Shown piece by piece: positions 41,801 to 52,449 of a stretch of 64,000 nucleotides of DNA. Each line of letters opens with the position of its first letter. Position 1 is the first letter of the stretch. The DNA is from an uncultured Mollicutes bacterium (GTDB lineage Bacteria; Bacillota_I; Bacilli_A; ML615J-28; CAG-313), in the NCBI GenBank assembly GCA_900539265.1, contig UQBM01000008.1:4095-68094 (forward strand), in the 5' to 3' direction. The translations under genes were made by a program, and so were the position numbers. The notes beneath the pieces were generated by a model that searched no databases, was not told the DNA's origin, and saw only the letters and a list, made by a program, of their open reading frames with translations.

Positions 41801-43915
41801 TTATAATTTATTTGTTTTTTCTTTATTAAATAAACCTTCATTACTCTTACAATGTTCATTATTACAACGAATTGTATCATTAATTTTAATCATAGGTGAT
41901 TTACATATTTCACATCTATCTCCAGTTGGAATTCCAGAAAATGTTGCCTTACACTTAGGAAATAAACTACATGCATAAAAAATACTTCCTTTAGATCTAC
42001 CTCTTCCACTGGTTCTTTCAACAACTTCTCCTTCACCACAGATTGGACAAATGATACCTAATTTTACTAACTCTTTCTTTGGTTCCTTCTTAATATATTT
42101 GCAATGTGGATAACCAGAACAAGCCGTAAATTCACCAAAAGGACCTCTTCTAATTAGTAAAGGCAATCCACATTCAGGGCAAAATTCGTCTGTTAACTTT
42201 GGATAAATTTTAACCATATTATCACGAGCATTTTCAATTAATGGAGCAAATACTTCATAAAATTTTTTCAATTCTTCATACCAAACGCTATTTCCTTCTG
42301 CAATTTGATCTAAAATAGTTTCCATTTCAGCTGTATATTTAACATTGATAATACTACTAAAAAATAATTCCAATTGTTCAGTTGTTAAAATACCCTGTGC
42401 TGTCGGAACAAAGGCTCTTTTATCCATTGTTACATATGCTCTTGCTCGAAGAGTTTCCATTGTTAGGGCATATGTTGACGGTCTACCAATTCCAAGTTCT
42501 TCCATTTTTCTAATTAATCGAGCTTCGGTATAGCGATATGGTGGTGATGTAAATTTCTGTTCTTTAGTTATCTCACTAAATTCCAAAACTTCACCAATAT
42601 TAAGTTCTGGTAAACGAGTTAAATCTTCTTCCTCATCGACTAAACTAGCTTCTTCATAAATTGTTTTAAAACCATCAAATAAGGTAATTTCACCAGATAG
42701 ATTAAACAAATATCCTTGATTTTCTATATCAACTTTAGTATCTTCTAAAATAGCATCACTCATTAAAGAAGCAATTGCTCTATTATAAATTAAGGAATAT
42801 ATCTTATATTCTTCAAGAGTCAAACTCTTCTTAACACTTTCTGGTGTTCTTCTAATATCAGTTGGTCTGATTGCTTCATGTGCATCTTGAATATTTTTAC
42901 CCTTTGAGGCCTTTTTCTCACCCTTATAATATTTTTCACCATATTTACTTATTATATACTCTTTTGCGCTTTTAATAAATTCATCAGATAATCTTATCGA
43001 ATCAGTACGCATATACGTAATTAAACCGACCATTTCCTTACCAACTTCAACACCCTCATATAACTTTTGAGCAATCCTCATTACTCTTTTGGCATTATAA
43101 TTAAATTTAGCACCTGCATCTTGTTGTAAGGTTGAAGTAATAAAGGGAGGTCTAGATGCTTTATTTCTTTCTTTTTTAACAATATTTGTAATTTTATATG
43201 CATCATCTTTAAGTTTAGAAATGACTTCATCAGTCTGTTCTTCATTTAAAAGAGTAATCTTATTATCAAAGGTTCCATAAAATTTAGCTTTTAAGAAATA
43301 ATCATTACCATCAATTTGTTTTTTTAAAATAGCAGTTAAATCCCAATACTCTTTTTTATCAAAAGCTTGAATTTCTCTTTCTCGCTCAACTACTAATTTT
43401 AAAGCAACAGATTGCACACGACCAGCTGACTTTGAACCAATTTTTTGTTGCAACAAACTAGATAGTCTAAAACCAATTATTCGATCTAAAATTCTTCTCG
43501 ACTCTTGTGAATGAACTAAATTCATATCAATTTGACGATCATTATGAATAGCTTTTAAAACAGCTGTCTTTGTAATTTCATTAAATACAATTCTTGAAAC
43601 TTTTTCTTTTGGCTCATTTAAAACCTCACTTAAATGCCAACTAATCGCTTCCCCTTCACGATCAGGGTCAGTAGCAAGATATATATGTTCAGCTAAATTA
43701 GCAATACCTTTCAGTTTTTCAACAATTTCTTTCTTATCTTTTAAAATAACATATTCTGGTTGAAAATTATTTTCGATATCTACTCCAAAACCACCCTTCC
43801 CCTTAATCGATAAATCTCTTATATGACCAATACTAGATTCTACTCGATACTCTTCACCTAAATAATGAGCTATTGTTTTACACTTAGCTGGTGATTCTAC
43901 AATTAATAATTTCAT
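41801..43915 (-). CDS. topA: DNA topoisomerase I
   Basis: Toprim N-terminus (MKLLIVESPAKCKTI), an active-site Tyr region and C-terminal C4 zinc ribbons. The start was moved to the ATG at 43915, 4 nt after GAGGTG. Confidence 0.9.
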   Translation of the reverse strand: MKLLIVESPAKCKTIAHYLGEEYRVESSIGHIRDLSIKGKGGFGVDIENNFQPEYVILKDKKEIVEKLKGIANLAEHIYLATDPDREGEAISWHLSEVLNEPKEKVSRIVFNEITKTAVLKAIHNDRQIDMNLVHSQESRRILDRIIGFRLSSLLQQKIGSKSAGRVQSVALKLVVEREREIQAFDKKEYWDLTAILKKQIDGNDYFLKAKFYGTFDNKITLLNEEQTDEVISKLKDDAYKITNIVKKERNKASRPPFITSTLQQDAGAKFNYNAKRVMRIAQKLYEGVEVGKEMVGLITYMRTDSIRLSDEFIKSAKEYIISKYGEKYYKGEKKASKGKNIQDAHEAIRPTDIRRTPESVKKSLTLEEYKIYSLIYNRAIASLMSDAILEDTKVDIENQGYLFNLSGEITLFDGFKTIYEEASLVDEEEDLTRLPELNIGEVLEFSEITKEQKFTSPPYRYTEARLIRKMEELGIGRPSTYALTMETLRARAYVTMDKRAFVPTAQGILTTEQLELFFSSIINVKYTAEMETILDQIAEGNSVWYEELKKFYEVFAPLIENARDNMVKIYPKLTDEFCPECGLPLLIRRGPFGEFTACSGYPHCKYIKKEPKKELVKLGIICPICGEGEVVERTSGRGRSKGSIFYACSLFPKCKATFSGIPTGDRCEICKSPMIKINDTIRCNNEHCKSNEGLFNKEKTNKL

Positions 43916-44044
43916 AAAACACCTCATTATGATTTTTTGCTTTTTGATTATATAATACGAAAAAAAATATGTCAACAAAAACGAATAAGTTTCGGACATA
44001 TTTTTTTGACAATATTAGTCATTATTTACATTAATACAAATTTT

Positions 44045-44218
44045 TTAACTATTCGACTTTTTTGAAGTCTTCATTACTGTTTTTTCTGGTAAATCATCGT
44101 TTCTATTTGCAATCAACTTACTTCTCATTTTTTGAAAATCACCTGAAAAACTTTTAATGTGTTTATTAATTGAATTTAAAACTGATTGCTCAAAACTATT
44201 TGTCATTCCACGAGTCAT
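44045..44218 (-). CDS. hypothetical small protein (57 aa)
   Basis: Not in the track. Translates as MTRGMTNSFEQSVLNSINKHIKSFSGDFQKMRSKLIANRNDDLPEKTVMKTSKKSNS, with AAGGGG 7 nt upstream. Confidence 0.3.
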   Translation of the reverse strand: MTRGMTNSFEQSVLNSINKHIKSFSGDFQKMRSKLIANRNDDLPEKTVMKTSKKSNS

Positions 44219-44377
44219 CTTTTTGCCCCCTTATTTAAATTTTATAAAACAAGCTCCCCACTAATTTAATGAACTTATATAAGTTGTTTACTAAAATCTT
44301 AAATCCCCAAGTTATTTACAATACCAAAAATACAATCTTATTATAACATATAATTTAAAAATATTCTATAAAATAAC

Positions 44378-45022
44378 TTATTTTTTTATTTTTAACTTAA
44401 TCATATTCTCTTCTTTTAAATTTTTTGCCACTGGTTTAAAACTTTTTCGATGAATAGGTAAAACTCCTTTATCATTTATAGCCCTTATATGAGCTTTTGT
44501 AGGATAACCTTTATGATTTGCAAAACCATAATCTGGATATTTATAATCTAGTATCTTCATATACTCATCCCTAAGTTCTTTAGCAATAATACTAGCACAA
44601 CCAATCACAAAACTTTTTTCATCACCTTTAATAATTGGAATGTTTTCAACATCAAGATAAAGAGGCATTGCATCAGATAACACAATATCAGGTTTGGGAT
44701 GAAGTCCAGAGATTGCTTTTGTCATTGCCAATTTACTGGCTTCATAAATGTTTATCTCATCAATTGTTTTTTCATCAATAAAAACAGTAACAATTGATAG
44801 AGCACTTTCTTCAATTTTAGTTCTCAATAATTTTCTTTTTTTTTCAGATAATTTTTTTGAATCAGTAACTCCTTCTATATAACAGTTTTTAGGCATTATC
44901 ACTGCAGTAGCAACAACAGGACCTGCTAAAGGACCCCTACCTACTTCATCTGTTCCAGCAATATACTTTTTTCCCTCTTGATAAAGTTTTAACTCTAATT
45001 CATAATTATTCATTATCAACAC
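44378..45022 (-). CDS. rnhB: ribonuclease HII
   Basis: GTDEVGRGPLAGPVV motif. Confidence 0.9.
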   Translation of the reverse strand: MLIMNNYELELKLYQEGKKYIAGTDEVGRGPLAGPVVATAVIMPKNCYIEGVTDSKKLSEKKRKLLRTKIEESALSIVTVFIDEKTIDEINIYEASKLAMTKAISGLHPKPDIVLSDAMPLYLDVENIPIIKGDEKSFVIGCASIIAKELRDEYMKILDYKYPDYGFANHKGYPTKAHIRAINDKGVLPIHRKSFKPVAKNLKEENMIKLKIKK

Positions 45023-45857
45023 ATCGATCCAAAGTTATTCTACCAAAATATCCCATTCGATATTCTTGTAATATAAAAATGGATGTTCTTTCTAAATCTT
45101 CTTCCTTATTATTTAATAAATAATTTTGTTTATGTGCTATTTTTACTATTATATCAATCGTTTCATTATCATCTGAACTAATATTATATCTTTCTAAAAT
45201 TGCCCTTGAATAATATTTTTTTAAAAAATCAATTAGATAACTTGCAACATCAAAAACTGGTAAAATTGTATCATTTATTGAACCTATAATTGATAAATTA
45301 AGCCCTATTATTTGATTATCAAATTTTGGCCATAAAACACCAGGTGTATCTAATAACTCTAAATTTTGATTAATTTTTATCCATTGTTGTACTTTTGTAA
45401 TCCCTGGGCGATCCCCTACCGCAGTAACTCTTTTCTTAACTAAAGAATTGATCAACGTTGACTTTCCAACATTAGGAATTCCTACAATCATTGTTTTGAT
45501 AGGTCTTGGTTTTATCCCTCTAATTAAATCTTTTTCTCTTTTTTCCTTCATCAAATCTTGCGTTTCTTTGATAATTATTTTATCATTTTTTGAATCTCTT
45601 GCATCTAAAGCAATGGCTTTAATATTTTGTTTTTGAAAATAAGCTAACCATTTATTTGTTTCTTTTACATCAGCCTTATCCTTTTTAGTTAATACATACA
45701 AGCACTTTTTATTTTTTAACACGTCATTTAATAAAGGATTAAAAGATGAATGGGGACACCTTGCATCTAATAAAATAATTACAAAATCGACAATTTTAAT
45801 CTTATCACCAATTTCTCTAATGGCTTTCGCCATATGACCAGGATACCACTGAATCAT
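45006..45857 (-). CDS. rbgA: ribosome biogenesis GTPase A (YlqF)
   Basis: Circularly permuted GTPase (G4-G1-G3: LTKKDKAD ... GIPNVGKST ... DTPG). Confidence 0.9.
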   Translation of the reverse strand: MIQWYPGHMAKAIREIGDKIKIVDFVIILLDARCPHSSFNPLLNDVLKNKKCLYVLTKKDKADVKETNKWLAYFQKQNIKAIALDARDSKNDKIIIKETQDLMKEKREKDLIRGIKPRPIKTMIVGIPNVGKSTLINSLVKKRVTAVGDRPGITKVQQWIKINQNLELLDTPGVLWPKFDNQIIGLNLSIIGSINDTILPVFDVASYLIDFLKKYYSRAILERYNISSDDNETIDIIVKIAHKQNYLLNNKEEDLERTSIFILQEYRMGYFGRITLDRCVDNE

Positions 45858-46759
45858 TTGATTTTACCTCTTGGTATAATAAAGTTCATATGATAAGTAG
45901 CTACTCCAATAATATTTTTCTCAGGAATTAAACCAATTGATCGACTATCTTTACTAATAGGCCTATTATCACCCATTACAAAATAATATCCTTCTGGTAT
46001 TATTTCAGTTACCTGTTCATTACCATTTTCATCAATATAACGAAAAAGACCATCAAAATTATTGGTTGCTGCAGTACCAAAATAATCTTTTGGAAAATAT
46101 GGTTCATTATATTCTTCATCATTAATATATAATTTATTATTGATCCATTTGACCCTATCCCCTGGTAATCCAATAATTCGTTTAATATAATGACTAGTTT
46201 CATCAATATGAAAATTATCATCTTTATTGACTTCCAAAATGACTACACTTCCTCTTTTTATTTCCGTATTATAAGAAACGAAAACATGTTCACCATTAGA
46301 AATATTTGGTATCATTGAATCTCCACTAACTGGTGTAATAATAAATAAATAAGAAAAACAAAAAAACGTAATTACTACACAAATGGGTAAAATGGAAAAC
46401 CAATCAAGTAAGACAAAAATACTTCTTTTTACTTTAAAAGGAATTTTAATAAAAAAATGATGAAAATAATTTCTAGAAATAAGTGATAAAAATAAACTAA
46501 TAACACCAATTAGACCAATAATACTTGAAATAATCATTATAATTTTAAGTGGTATCAAAGTATCAATTAAACTAATTTCTCCTTTAAATTTACTAGCATC
46601 AGAAAATGCTAACATAACAAAAAAAGCAATTGAACAAATTACCAGTATCAATGTTCTTGTAATTATTTTTTTCTTAATAGCTATTCTTTCTGTTACTGGA
46701 TTATTATTCTTATAATACTTAATTAAATATTTATCTTGATTCAATTTTATCCCCCCCAT
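45854..46759 (-). CDS. lepB: signal peptidase I (long form with N-terminal extension)
   Basis: SPase I boxes B (GDSMIP), D (YIKRIIGLPGDRV) and E (GDNRPISKDSR). Confidence 0.85.
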   Translation of the reverse strand: MGGIKLNQDKYLIKYYKNNNPVTERIAIKKKIITRTLILVICSIAFFVMLAFSDASKFKGEISLIDTLIPLKIIMIISSIIGLIGVISLFLSLISRNYFHHFFIKIPFKVKRSIFVLLDWFSILPICVVITFFCFSYLFIITPVSGDSMIPNISNGEHVFVSYNTEIKRGSVVILEVNKDDNFHIDETSHYIKRIIGLPGDRVKWINNKLYINDEEYNEPYFPKDYFGTAATNNFDGLFRYIDENGNEQVTEIIPEGYYFVMGDNRPISKDSRSIGLIPEKNIIGVATYHMNFIIPRGKIK

Positions 46760-46761
46760 AA

Positions 46762-48855
46762 TTAATCATCTTGTTCTAAAAGATCACGAAGTTGAAATTC
46801 ATCGATTAAAACTTCTCGTTGTTTTCCTTTAACACCAGGACTTAAAACACCCATTTCTTCTAAAGCTAAGAAAATATCATTAACACGATTAAATCCCATA
46901 TTAAAAATCTGTGTAAGCTGATTGATTGAGGCATTTTTATTTCTAACAACATAAAAAGCTATTTCTTCGAATCTCTCATCATTTCTTCCCATCGCTCTAG
47001 TTGATGTTGCACTTGATGTTTGCCTAGAAATAGTTGACTGATGAATTTCTTCTTTAGTTACTAAATATTCACACGTATTATTATCTTTCAAAAAGCGTGT
47101 AACTTTTTTGATATCTATATTAGGTACAAAAGCACCTTGTAAACGTTGTTCAGATCTTCCTGCATATCTAATTAACATATCACCTTTACCTTCAAGTTTT
47201 TCTGCACCTCCATAACCCAAAATTACTTTGGCATCCTCAAAAGATGAAACCCTAAAAGCAATTCGTGTATCAAAATTGGCCTTAATAGTACCTTTGATAA
47301 CATCTTTAGATGGACGCTGAGTTGCAAGAATAATATTAATTCCAGCCGCCCGTGCTTTGGCTGCAAGTTTTTGCATATATAACTCTATCTCGCTATTGGC
47401 ATCTGAAAACCAATCACTAAACTCATCCATCATCACAATAATATGAGGCATGGTAGATTCTTTATTTTCTTTCCTTATATTATTATAGTCAACAATATTA
47501 TGCTCATCATAAAGTTCAAATTCTTTATATCTTCTTTCCATTTCATCATAAACCCAACCAAGTGCACTTTGAAAATCCTCTTGATCAACAATTACAGGCA
47601 TTGCGAGATGAGGAATTCCTTCATAAATACCAAGTTCAATTCTTTTAGGATCAATCAAAACAAGTCGAAGTTCATTAGGAGTAAAGCGATAGATTAAACT
47701 AAGTAAGAAAGTATTTAAACATACACTCTTACCTGATTTAGTTGTTCCTGCAATTAATCCATGAGGCATTTCCACTAAATCAATATAATGATAAATTCCA
47801 TAATTATCTTGGCCAACAGCAACTGGAACCTCGTAATCTAAATTTTTGAATTCTTTACTAGCTATCATATCACCTAAATAAACGGTTCTACGATTTTCAT
47901 ATTTCTTTGGTACTTCTATTCCTGCAAATGGTTTTCCCGGAATTGGAGTTTGAATACGAATACTTTCACATTGTAAATACATTAAAAGATTAGATTCAAC
48001 CTTTCTAACATCTTTTACATTGGCACCTTTTTCAATTGTTATCAAAAATTGAGTTACAGTTGGACCAAAAATAAATCTTTCAACCCTCGCTCTAATACCT
48101 GCTTCTCTAAAAGTATTATTTATAATTTCTTTTTGATTTTCAGCTTCTTCAATATTATCAGCATTTTTAGCATCAGATTTAGTTAATAAATCTATACTAG
48201 GAGCATTATATTTAGTTTTTCGTCTACTAGTAACTACTGGTTTCGAATTAACTATTTCACTCGTTGTTTTTTTATCATTTGTAAAATTATTTAAAGATTT
48301 CTTTTCTTCTTCATTATGCAATTGAGATTTATTAATATTTTTATAAGACCATTCTTCTTCAATTACATTATCATAAACATTATTATCATAATGAATTTCT
48401 TCAGTTACTTCATTGTTATCATCAAAGTTTTCTTGATAAATTTGATCCACTTGTAATGCGATATCATCAAAATTATCATCCATTCCATTATAACTTTCTT
48501 TAGCACTAAAATCATTCTCAAAAATAACTCCTTCATCATAATAACCAATCGTTTTATCTTCTCTAGGTGGCTCGACAAACTCAGCAATTTGTTTTACTTT
48601 TAATGCTTGTTTTTCTTCAGGTTTTTTTGGCCTTAAATTATCGTATCTTTTAGGATCTTCATGATATCCAACCGATTCTGCATAACTAATCGTTTTTTTA
48701 TTAATAGTTTCAAATGAGGAATCAGTTTCTTTTTGATTTTTAGTAATAGTTTTTCTTTCAATTTCATTGTCATCATACATTTTTCCATCTCTTATTACTC
48801 GGTAGATGTAAAATTCTCTTCGATTATCTAGATTATTTTTTTTGTTTTTAAGCAT
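46762..48855 (-). CDS. FtsK/SpoIIIE-family DNA translocase lacking the N-terminal polytopic membrane domain (SftA-like)
   Basis: Walker A (GTTKSGKS), motor alpha/beta domains and a C-terminal gamma winged-helix (NQLTQIFNMGFNRVNDIFLALEEMGVL). The N-terminal 250 aa are acidic and low-complexity with no TM helices. Confidence 0.8.
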   Translation of the reverse strand: MLKNKKNNLDNRREFYIYRVIRDGKMYDDNEIERKTITKNQKETDSSFETINKKTISYAESVGYHEDPKRYDNLRPKKPEEKQALKVKQIAEFVEPPREDKTIGYYDEGVIFENDFSAKESYNGMDDNFDDIALQVDQIYQENFDDNNEVTEEIHYDNNVYDNVIEEEWSYKNINKSQLHNEEEKKSLNNFTNDKKTTSEIVNSKPVVTSRRKTKYNAPSIDLLTKSDAKNADNIEEAENQKEIINNTFREAGIRARVERFIFGPTVTQFLITIEKGANVKDVRKVESNLLMYLQCESIRIQTPIPGKPFAGIEVPKKYENRRTVYLGDMIASKEFKNLDYEVPVAVGQDNYGIYHYIDLVEMPHGLIAGTTKSGKSVCLNTFLLSLIYRFTPNELRLVLIDPKRIELGIYEGIPHLAMPVIVDQEDFQSALGWVYDEMERRYKEFELYDEHNIVDYNNIRKENKESTMPHIIVMMDEFSDWFSDANSEIELYMQKLAAKARAAGINIILATQRPSKDVIKGTIKANFDTRIAFRVSSFEDAKVILGYGGAEKLEGKGDMLIRYAGRSEQRLQGAFVPNIDIKKVTRFLKDNNTCEYLVTKEEIHQSTISRQTSSATSTRAMGRNDERFEEIAFYVVRNKNASINQLTQIFNMGFNRVNDIFLALEEMGVLSPGVKGKQREVLIDEFQLRDLLEQDD

Positions 48856-49672
48856 CTAATTCCTCCCTTTCTAGTTCTTTTAATGACGTTTCAATCTCTA
48901 ATTGTTTAAGTCGTTTTTCTTTATTAAAAATACTTTTACTATATGTTTTATTCGTTTCATCAGCTACAATATCAATAATTAATAAAGATATTTTTCGTGA
49001 TGCAAAATTAATTGTTGAACCAACAAATAATTTTTTCACCCAATAAATAGGATTGGCATACTTTAATCCTCCCATTATAATACTGCTAACTTTACCAACA
49101 TTGGCTTTTTTTAATGCTTTAGCAACTTTGGTTTCTTCAATTTTTTTCTTAGTATCTAATATCTTAAAAATTTGTGCTATACTTATTTTTTTAAATGGTG
49201 CAAGTAATGGTTTATCGAAAATATCACCTATCCGATTGGATAAATAATGCATAAATAATATTAATTCCTCAATTGTTAATTCATATATTGGATATTTAGA
49301 TTCAGGATAATATTCACTAGAAATTTTATTAACAATCTCAATTATCTTTTTACCTAAAATATCAAATCTACTAGTTACCGAAAGTCCTTCACTTTCTTCA
49401 ACATAATTATTTTTTATTTGTTCAACAATATTACCAATTTTTTCATCATCTATATCTTTTTTGATATTTTCTATTTCTTTTTCTTTCTTACTAATTGAAT
49501 TCATTAACAAAATACCATATATAGTTGAACAAATTACAAAACCTATCACCATACCTGCAATCAAAGTCCAAAAGGTACTCCAAGTAATTGCTTCTTTTAA
49601 AGATGAAAAGATTTTTGTAAAAAAATCATCAATTGATTGAATTACATTGAAATTAAGTATTAAATAAGCCAT
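48848..49672 (-). CDS. single-pass membrane protein with charged/coiled-coil domain (hypothetical)
   Basis: One TM helix (WSTFWTLIAGMVIGFVICSTIYGILLM) followed by K/E-rich helical sequence. It overlaps the ftsK-like start by 8 nt. Confidence 0.5.
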   Translation of the reverse strand: MAYLILNFNVIQSIDDFFTKIFSSLKEAITWSTFWTLIAGMVIGFVICSTIYGILLMNSISKKEKEIENIKKDIDDEKIGNIVEQIKNNYVEESEGLSVTSRFDILGKKIIEIVNKISSEYYPESKYPIYELTIEELILFMHYLSNRIGDIFDKPLLAPFKKISIAQIFKILDTKKKIEETKVAKALKKANVGKVSSIIMGGLKYANPIYWVKKLFVGSTINFASRKISLLIIDIVADETNKTYSKSIFNKEKRLKQLEIETSLKELEREELDA

Positions 49673-49857
49673 TTTTCACCAACTCTCAAAATTAAACACT
49701 TCTATCTTTATTATTGCTTATTTTATCACAAATTCATTTTTTTTGCAAGGAATTTTTAACTTCATTTTTTTAAAACAATCTTAAACTTTTTTAGTAATTT
49801 AATTCATTAATTAGACAAAGACTAAAGCATATGTTATAATAGAATAGAGGTGAAAAT

Positions 49858-50676
49858 ATGAAACCATATTTTATTGTACTTGATTTAGATGGAACTTTAA
49901 TGTTAGATTTTGCAACTTATGATGATGAAACATTTGATTATTTACGTCATTTAAATCAATTAGGTCATATTATTATGCTTGCAACAGGAAGACCAAAAAG
50001 GTCTAGTTATTTTGTTTATAAAGCTTTGAATCTATATACGCCCTTAATAAATTATAATGGTGCCTTTATTTCTAACCCTACCGATTCTAATTATCCCGTA
50101 ACTGATTTGCGAATATCTAAAGATGCTCTTTTAGATATTATTCATTACATAAGACCTTATTTAATTAATGTTTTTTGTGAAATTATTGATGATATATACG
50201 TTCAAGATTACAATGAAGAAATTAAACCTTTTTTACATATTGATGGCGGTGTGCTTCATAGTGGCGAAATTAAAGATATTTTGCCCGACAACCCTAATGG
50301 TGCTCTTTTTTTTCTAAAAAAAGAAGCAATAATCGACTTTATAGACTATATCAAAAAAAATTATAATGGAAAACTTTTAGCAAGGTATTGGGAAGTTGAT
50401 AAAAACTATATCGTTGAAATCTATAATCCACTTGTCAATAAAAGTGTTGGATTTAAAAACGCATATAAGTATTATAATATTCCCAAAGAAAGAACAATTG
50501 CAATTGGTGATGGACACAACGATATTGAACTATTAAAAGAGGCATCTATTAGTGTTGCAATGAAAAATGCCAATCCCGAACTTTTACAATATGCTAAATA
50601 TGTTACAGATAGTTATGACAAACAAGGAGTCTTAAAATTTTTAAAAAACTTTTTTAATGAAAAAACTGCAAAATAA
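49858..50676 (+). CDS. Cof-type HAD-IIB family hydrolase
   Basis: Motifs I (LDLDGTL) and IV (GDGHNDIELL). Confidence 0.8.
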   Translation: MKPYFIVLDLDGTLMLDFATYDDETFDYLRHLNQLGHIIMLATGRPKRSSYFVYKALNLYTPLINYNGAFISNPTDSNYPVTDLRISKDALLDIIHYIRPYLINVFCEIIDDIYVQDYNEEIKPFLHIDGGVLHSGEIKDILPDNPNGALFFLKKEAIIDFIDYIKKNYNGKLLARYWEVDKNYIVEIYNPLVNKSVGFKNAYKYYNIPKERTIAIGDGHNDIELLKEASISVAMKNANPELLQYAKYVTDSYDKQGVLKFLKNFFNEKTAK

Positions 50677-50716
50677 AACTTATTTTTAACTAAATGCGTT
50701 TTAAATTGCAGTTTTT

Positions 50717-51805
50717 TTATAATTTAATGAGTGGTAATAATTTTTTCAAAGAAGAAATTGGATTATTTAAAGACTCTTCAATGGTTGCAACAGTTGGTAC
50801 GATTGAATAAACATCCTTCATAGCTTGAATCAATTTATTTTGACCACAAATAATAATTAATCTTTGTGGATGATACTTTTTAATTCCACTAATAACCTTA
50901 CCATCTAAACTTTGACTATCTAAACACCCTTCTCCAGTAAATATAACATCATATTCTTTAACTAGTTGTTTAAAATTAATCATCTTCAAAATACTATCAA
51001 TACCTGATTTTATTTCGCTATTAAAAAAATATCGCATAATAAAACCAATTCCTCCTGCTGCTCCAGCTCCTTCAAAATCAACTAGATTTTCTTGATAATG
51101 ATTTTTTAATAATTTAAAAATATGACTTAAATTTTGTTCCATTAAAAAAAGTTGATTATCAGATGCTCCTTTTTGCTTAGCAAAAGTAGCAATTGAGCCC
51201 TTAGTTCCTAAAAGTGGATTTGTCACATCATTTAAAGTAATGAAATCAATTCCTTTAATCAATTGTTCAAAAGATTTAGTCCTAATTTTCTTAACTTTCA
51301 TTAATTTTGCATTGCACATTTTCTTAATCAAAAAGCCATCTTTATCTATAAATTCAACCCCTAAGGCCTCAAGCATACCACAACCCAAATCACTAGTAGC
51401 AGAACCACCAATTCCAATAATTATTTTTTTTACTTGATATTTTAAAATAATTTCTTTCATTAAATGACCAAAACCAAAACTTGATGCATATAAAGCATTC
51501 AATTCATCTTTATCCAATTTTGCCAAACCAATAGCTTGAGCTAATTCTAGATAAGCTATTTTGTTTTTTTGATCAATAATATATGAAGCTTCAGTATTAT
51601 TAAAATTAGCATCCTCTACGCTCATGTGTTCTTTTTCAAGTTGTAATGAATAATTAATAGCATCTAAAAAACCTTCACCACCATCAGAGATAGGAAGATA
51701 TACGGCTTTTAAATTATGATTTCGATAATAATCACAAATAGTCATACCCACCTCTTTTGATGACATTGAACCTTTAAAAGAATCACTTACAACTAATATC
51801 TTCAT
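50717..51805 (-). CDS. glxK: glycerate kinase
   Basis: MKILVVSDSFKGSMSS N-terminus typical of the GlxK/GarK family; 362 aa. Confidence 0.75.
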   Translation of the reverse strand: MKILVVSDSFKGSMSSKEVGMTICDYYRNHNLKAVYLPISDGGEGFLDAINYSLQLEKEHMSVEDANFNNTEASYIIDQKNKIAYLELAQAIGLAKLDKDELNALYASSFGFGHLMKEIILKYQVKKIIIGIGGSATSDLGCGMLEALGVEFIDKDGFLIKKMCNAKLMKVKKIRTKSFEQLIKGIDFITLNDVTNPLLGTKGSIATFAKQKGASDNQLFLMEQNLSHIFKLLKNHYQENLVDFEGAGAAGGIGFIMRYFFNSEIKSGIDSILKMINFKQLVKEYDVIFTGEGCLDSQSLDGKVISGIKKYHPQRLIIICGQNKLIQAMKDVYSIVPTVATIEESLNNPISSLKKLLPLIKL

Positions 51806-51820
51806 TTAATTCTCCTTCTA

Positions 51821-52444
51821 CTAACGAATGAAATCTTTTTTAAACAAAGTAGATATTCGTTTATAAACTAAAAAGGTTACAATAGATACTATTAAGGATA
51901 ACATTAAATTAAAAGGCAGAATTGATCCAAAAATATAAAACAGCATAAAATTTGCTTCTGTTATCTTTGGAAAAATACTTCTACACATTTCAACAACTGC
52001 TGAAAAACCAAATGCCTTTGAATAAAATGGGATTAAGATGATAGCATTTACAATCATTGCAACCACTACCCATGCAATACTTCCAAATACTAATCCTAAA
52101 ATACCTCCTTTTTTAGTTTTACAATGTTTATATATTAATGATGATGTTAGAACAGTTGCAAGTCCAATTAACAAATCACCAAATTCTCCAACATATGCTG
52201 TACTTGAAAATGGTAATTTGATTATGGTTCTAATTACAACTATTATAGCTCCTCCAATTGGTCCCATAGCAAACCCTCCTAAAATAGCAGGAAGATTAGA
52301 AAATTGTACATCTAAAAATGACGGAAATAAAAATGGTAATGGAAATTTAGGAAAAAAATATAAAATAGTGGAAAGAGCTGAAAAAATTGCAATCTTTGTC
52401 ATATAATCTAAAATTTTTTTTGTTTTTTTCATTTTTGCCTCCAT
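51821..52444 (-). CDS. ribU: riboflavin transporter RibU (ECF transporter S component)
   Basis: 207-aa, about 6-TM protein. An FMN riboswitch lies immediately upstream, as for B. subtilis ribU/ypaA. Confidence 0.7.
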   Translation of the reverse strand: MEAKMKKTKKILDYMTKIAIFSALSTILYFFPKFPLPFLFPSFLDVQFSNLPAILGGFAMGPIGGAIIVVIRTIIKLPFSSTAYVGEFGDLLIGLATVLTSSLIYKHCKTKKGGILGLVFGSIAWVVVAMIVNAIILIPFYSKAFGFSAVVEMCRSIFPKITEANFMLFYIFGSILPFNLMLSLIVSIVTFLVYKRISTLFKKDFIR

Positions 52445-52449
52445 AAAAA

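Noticed and set aside
52038-52406. 122-aa plus-strand ORF antisense to ribU
   Set aside because: Overlaps a riboswitch-controlled transporter gene; there is no independent support.
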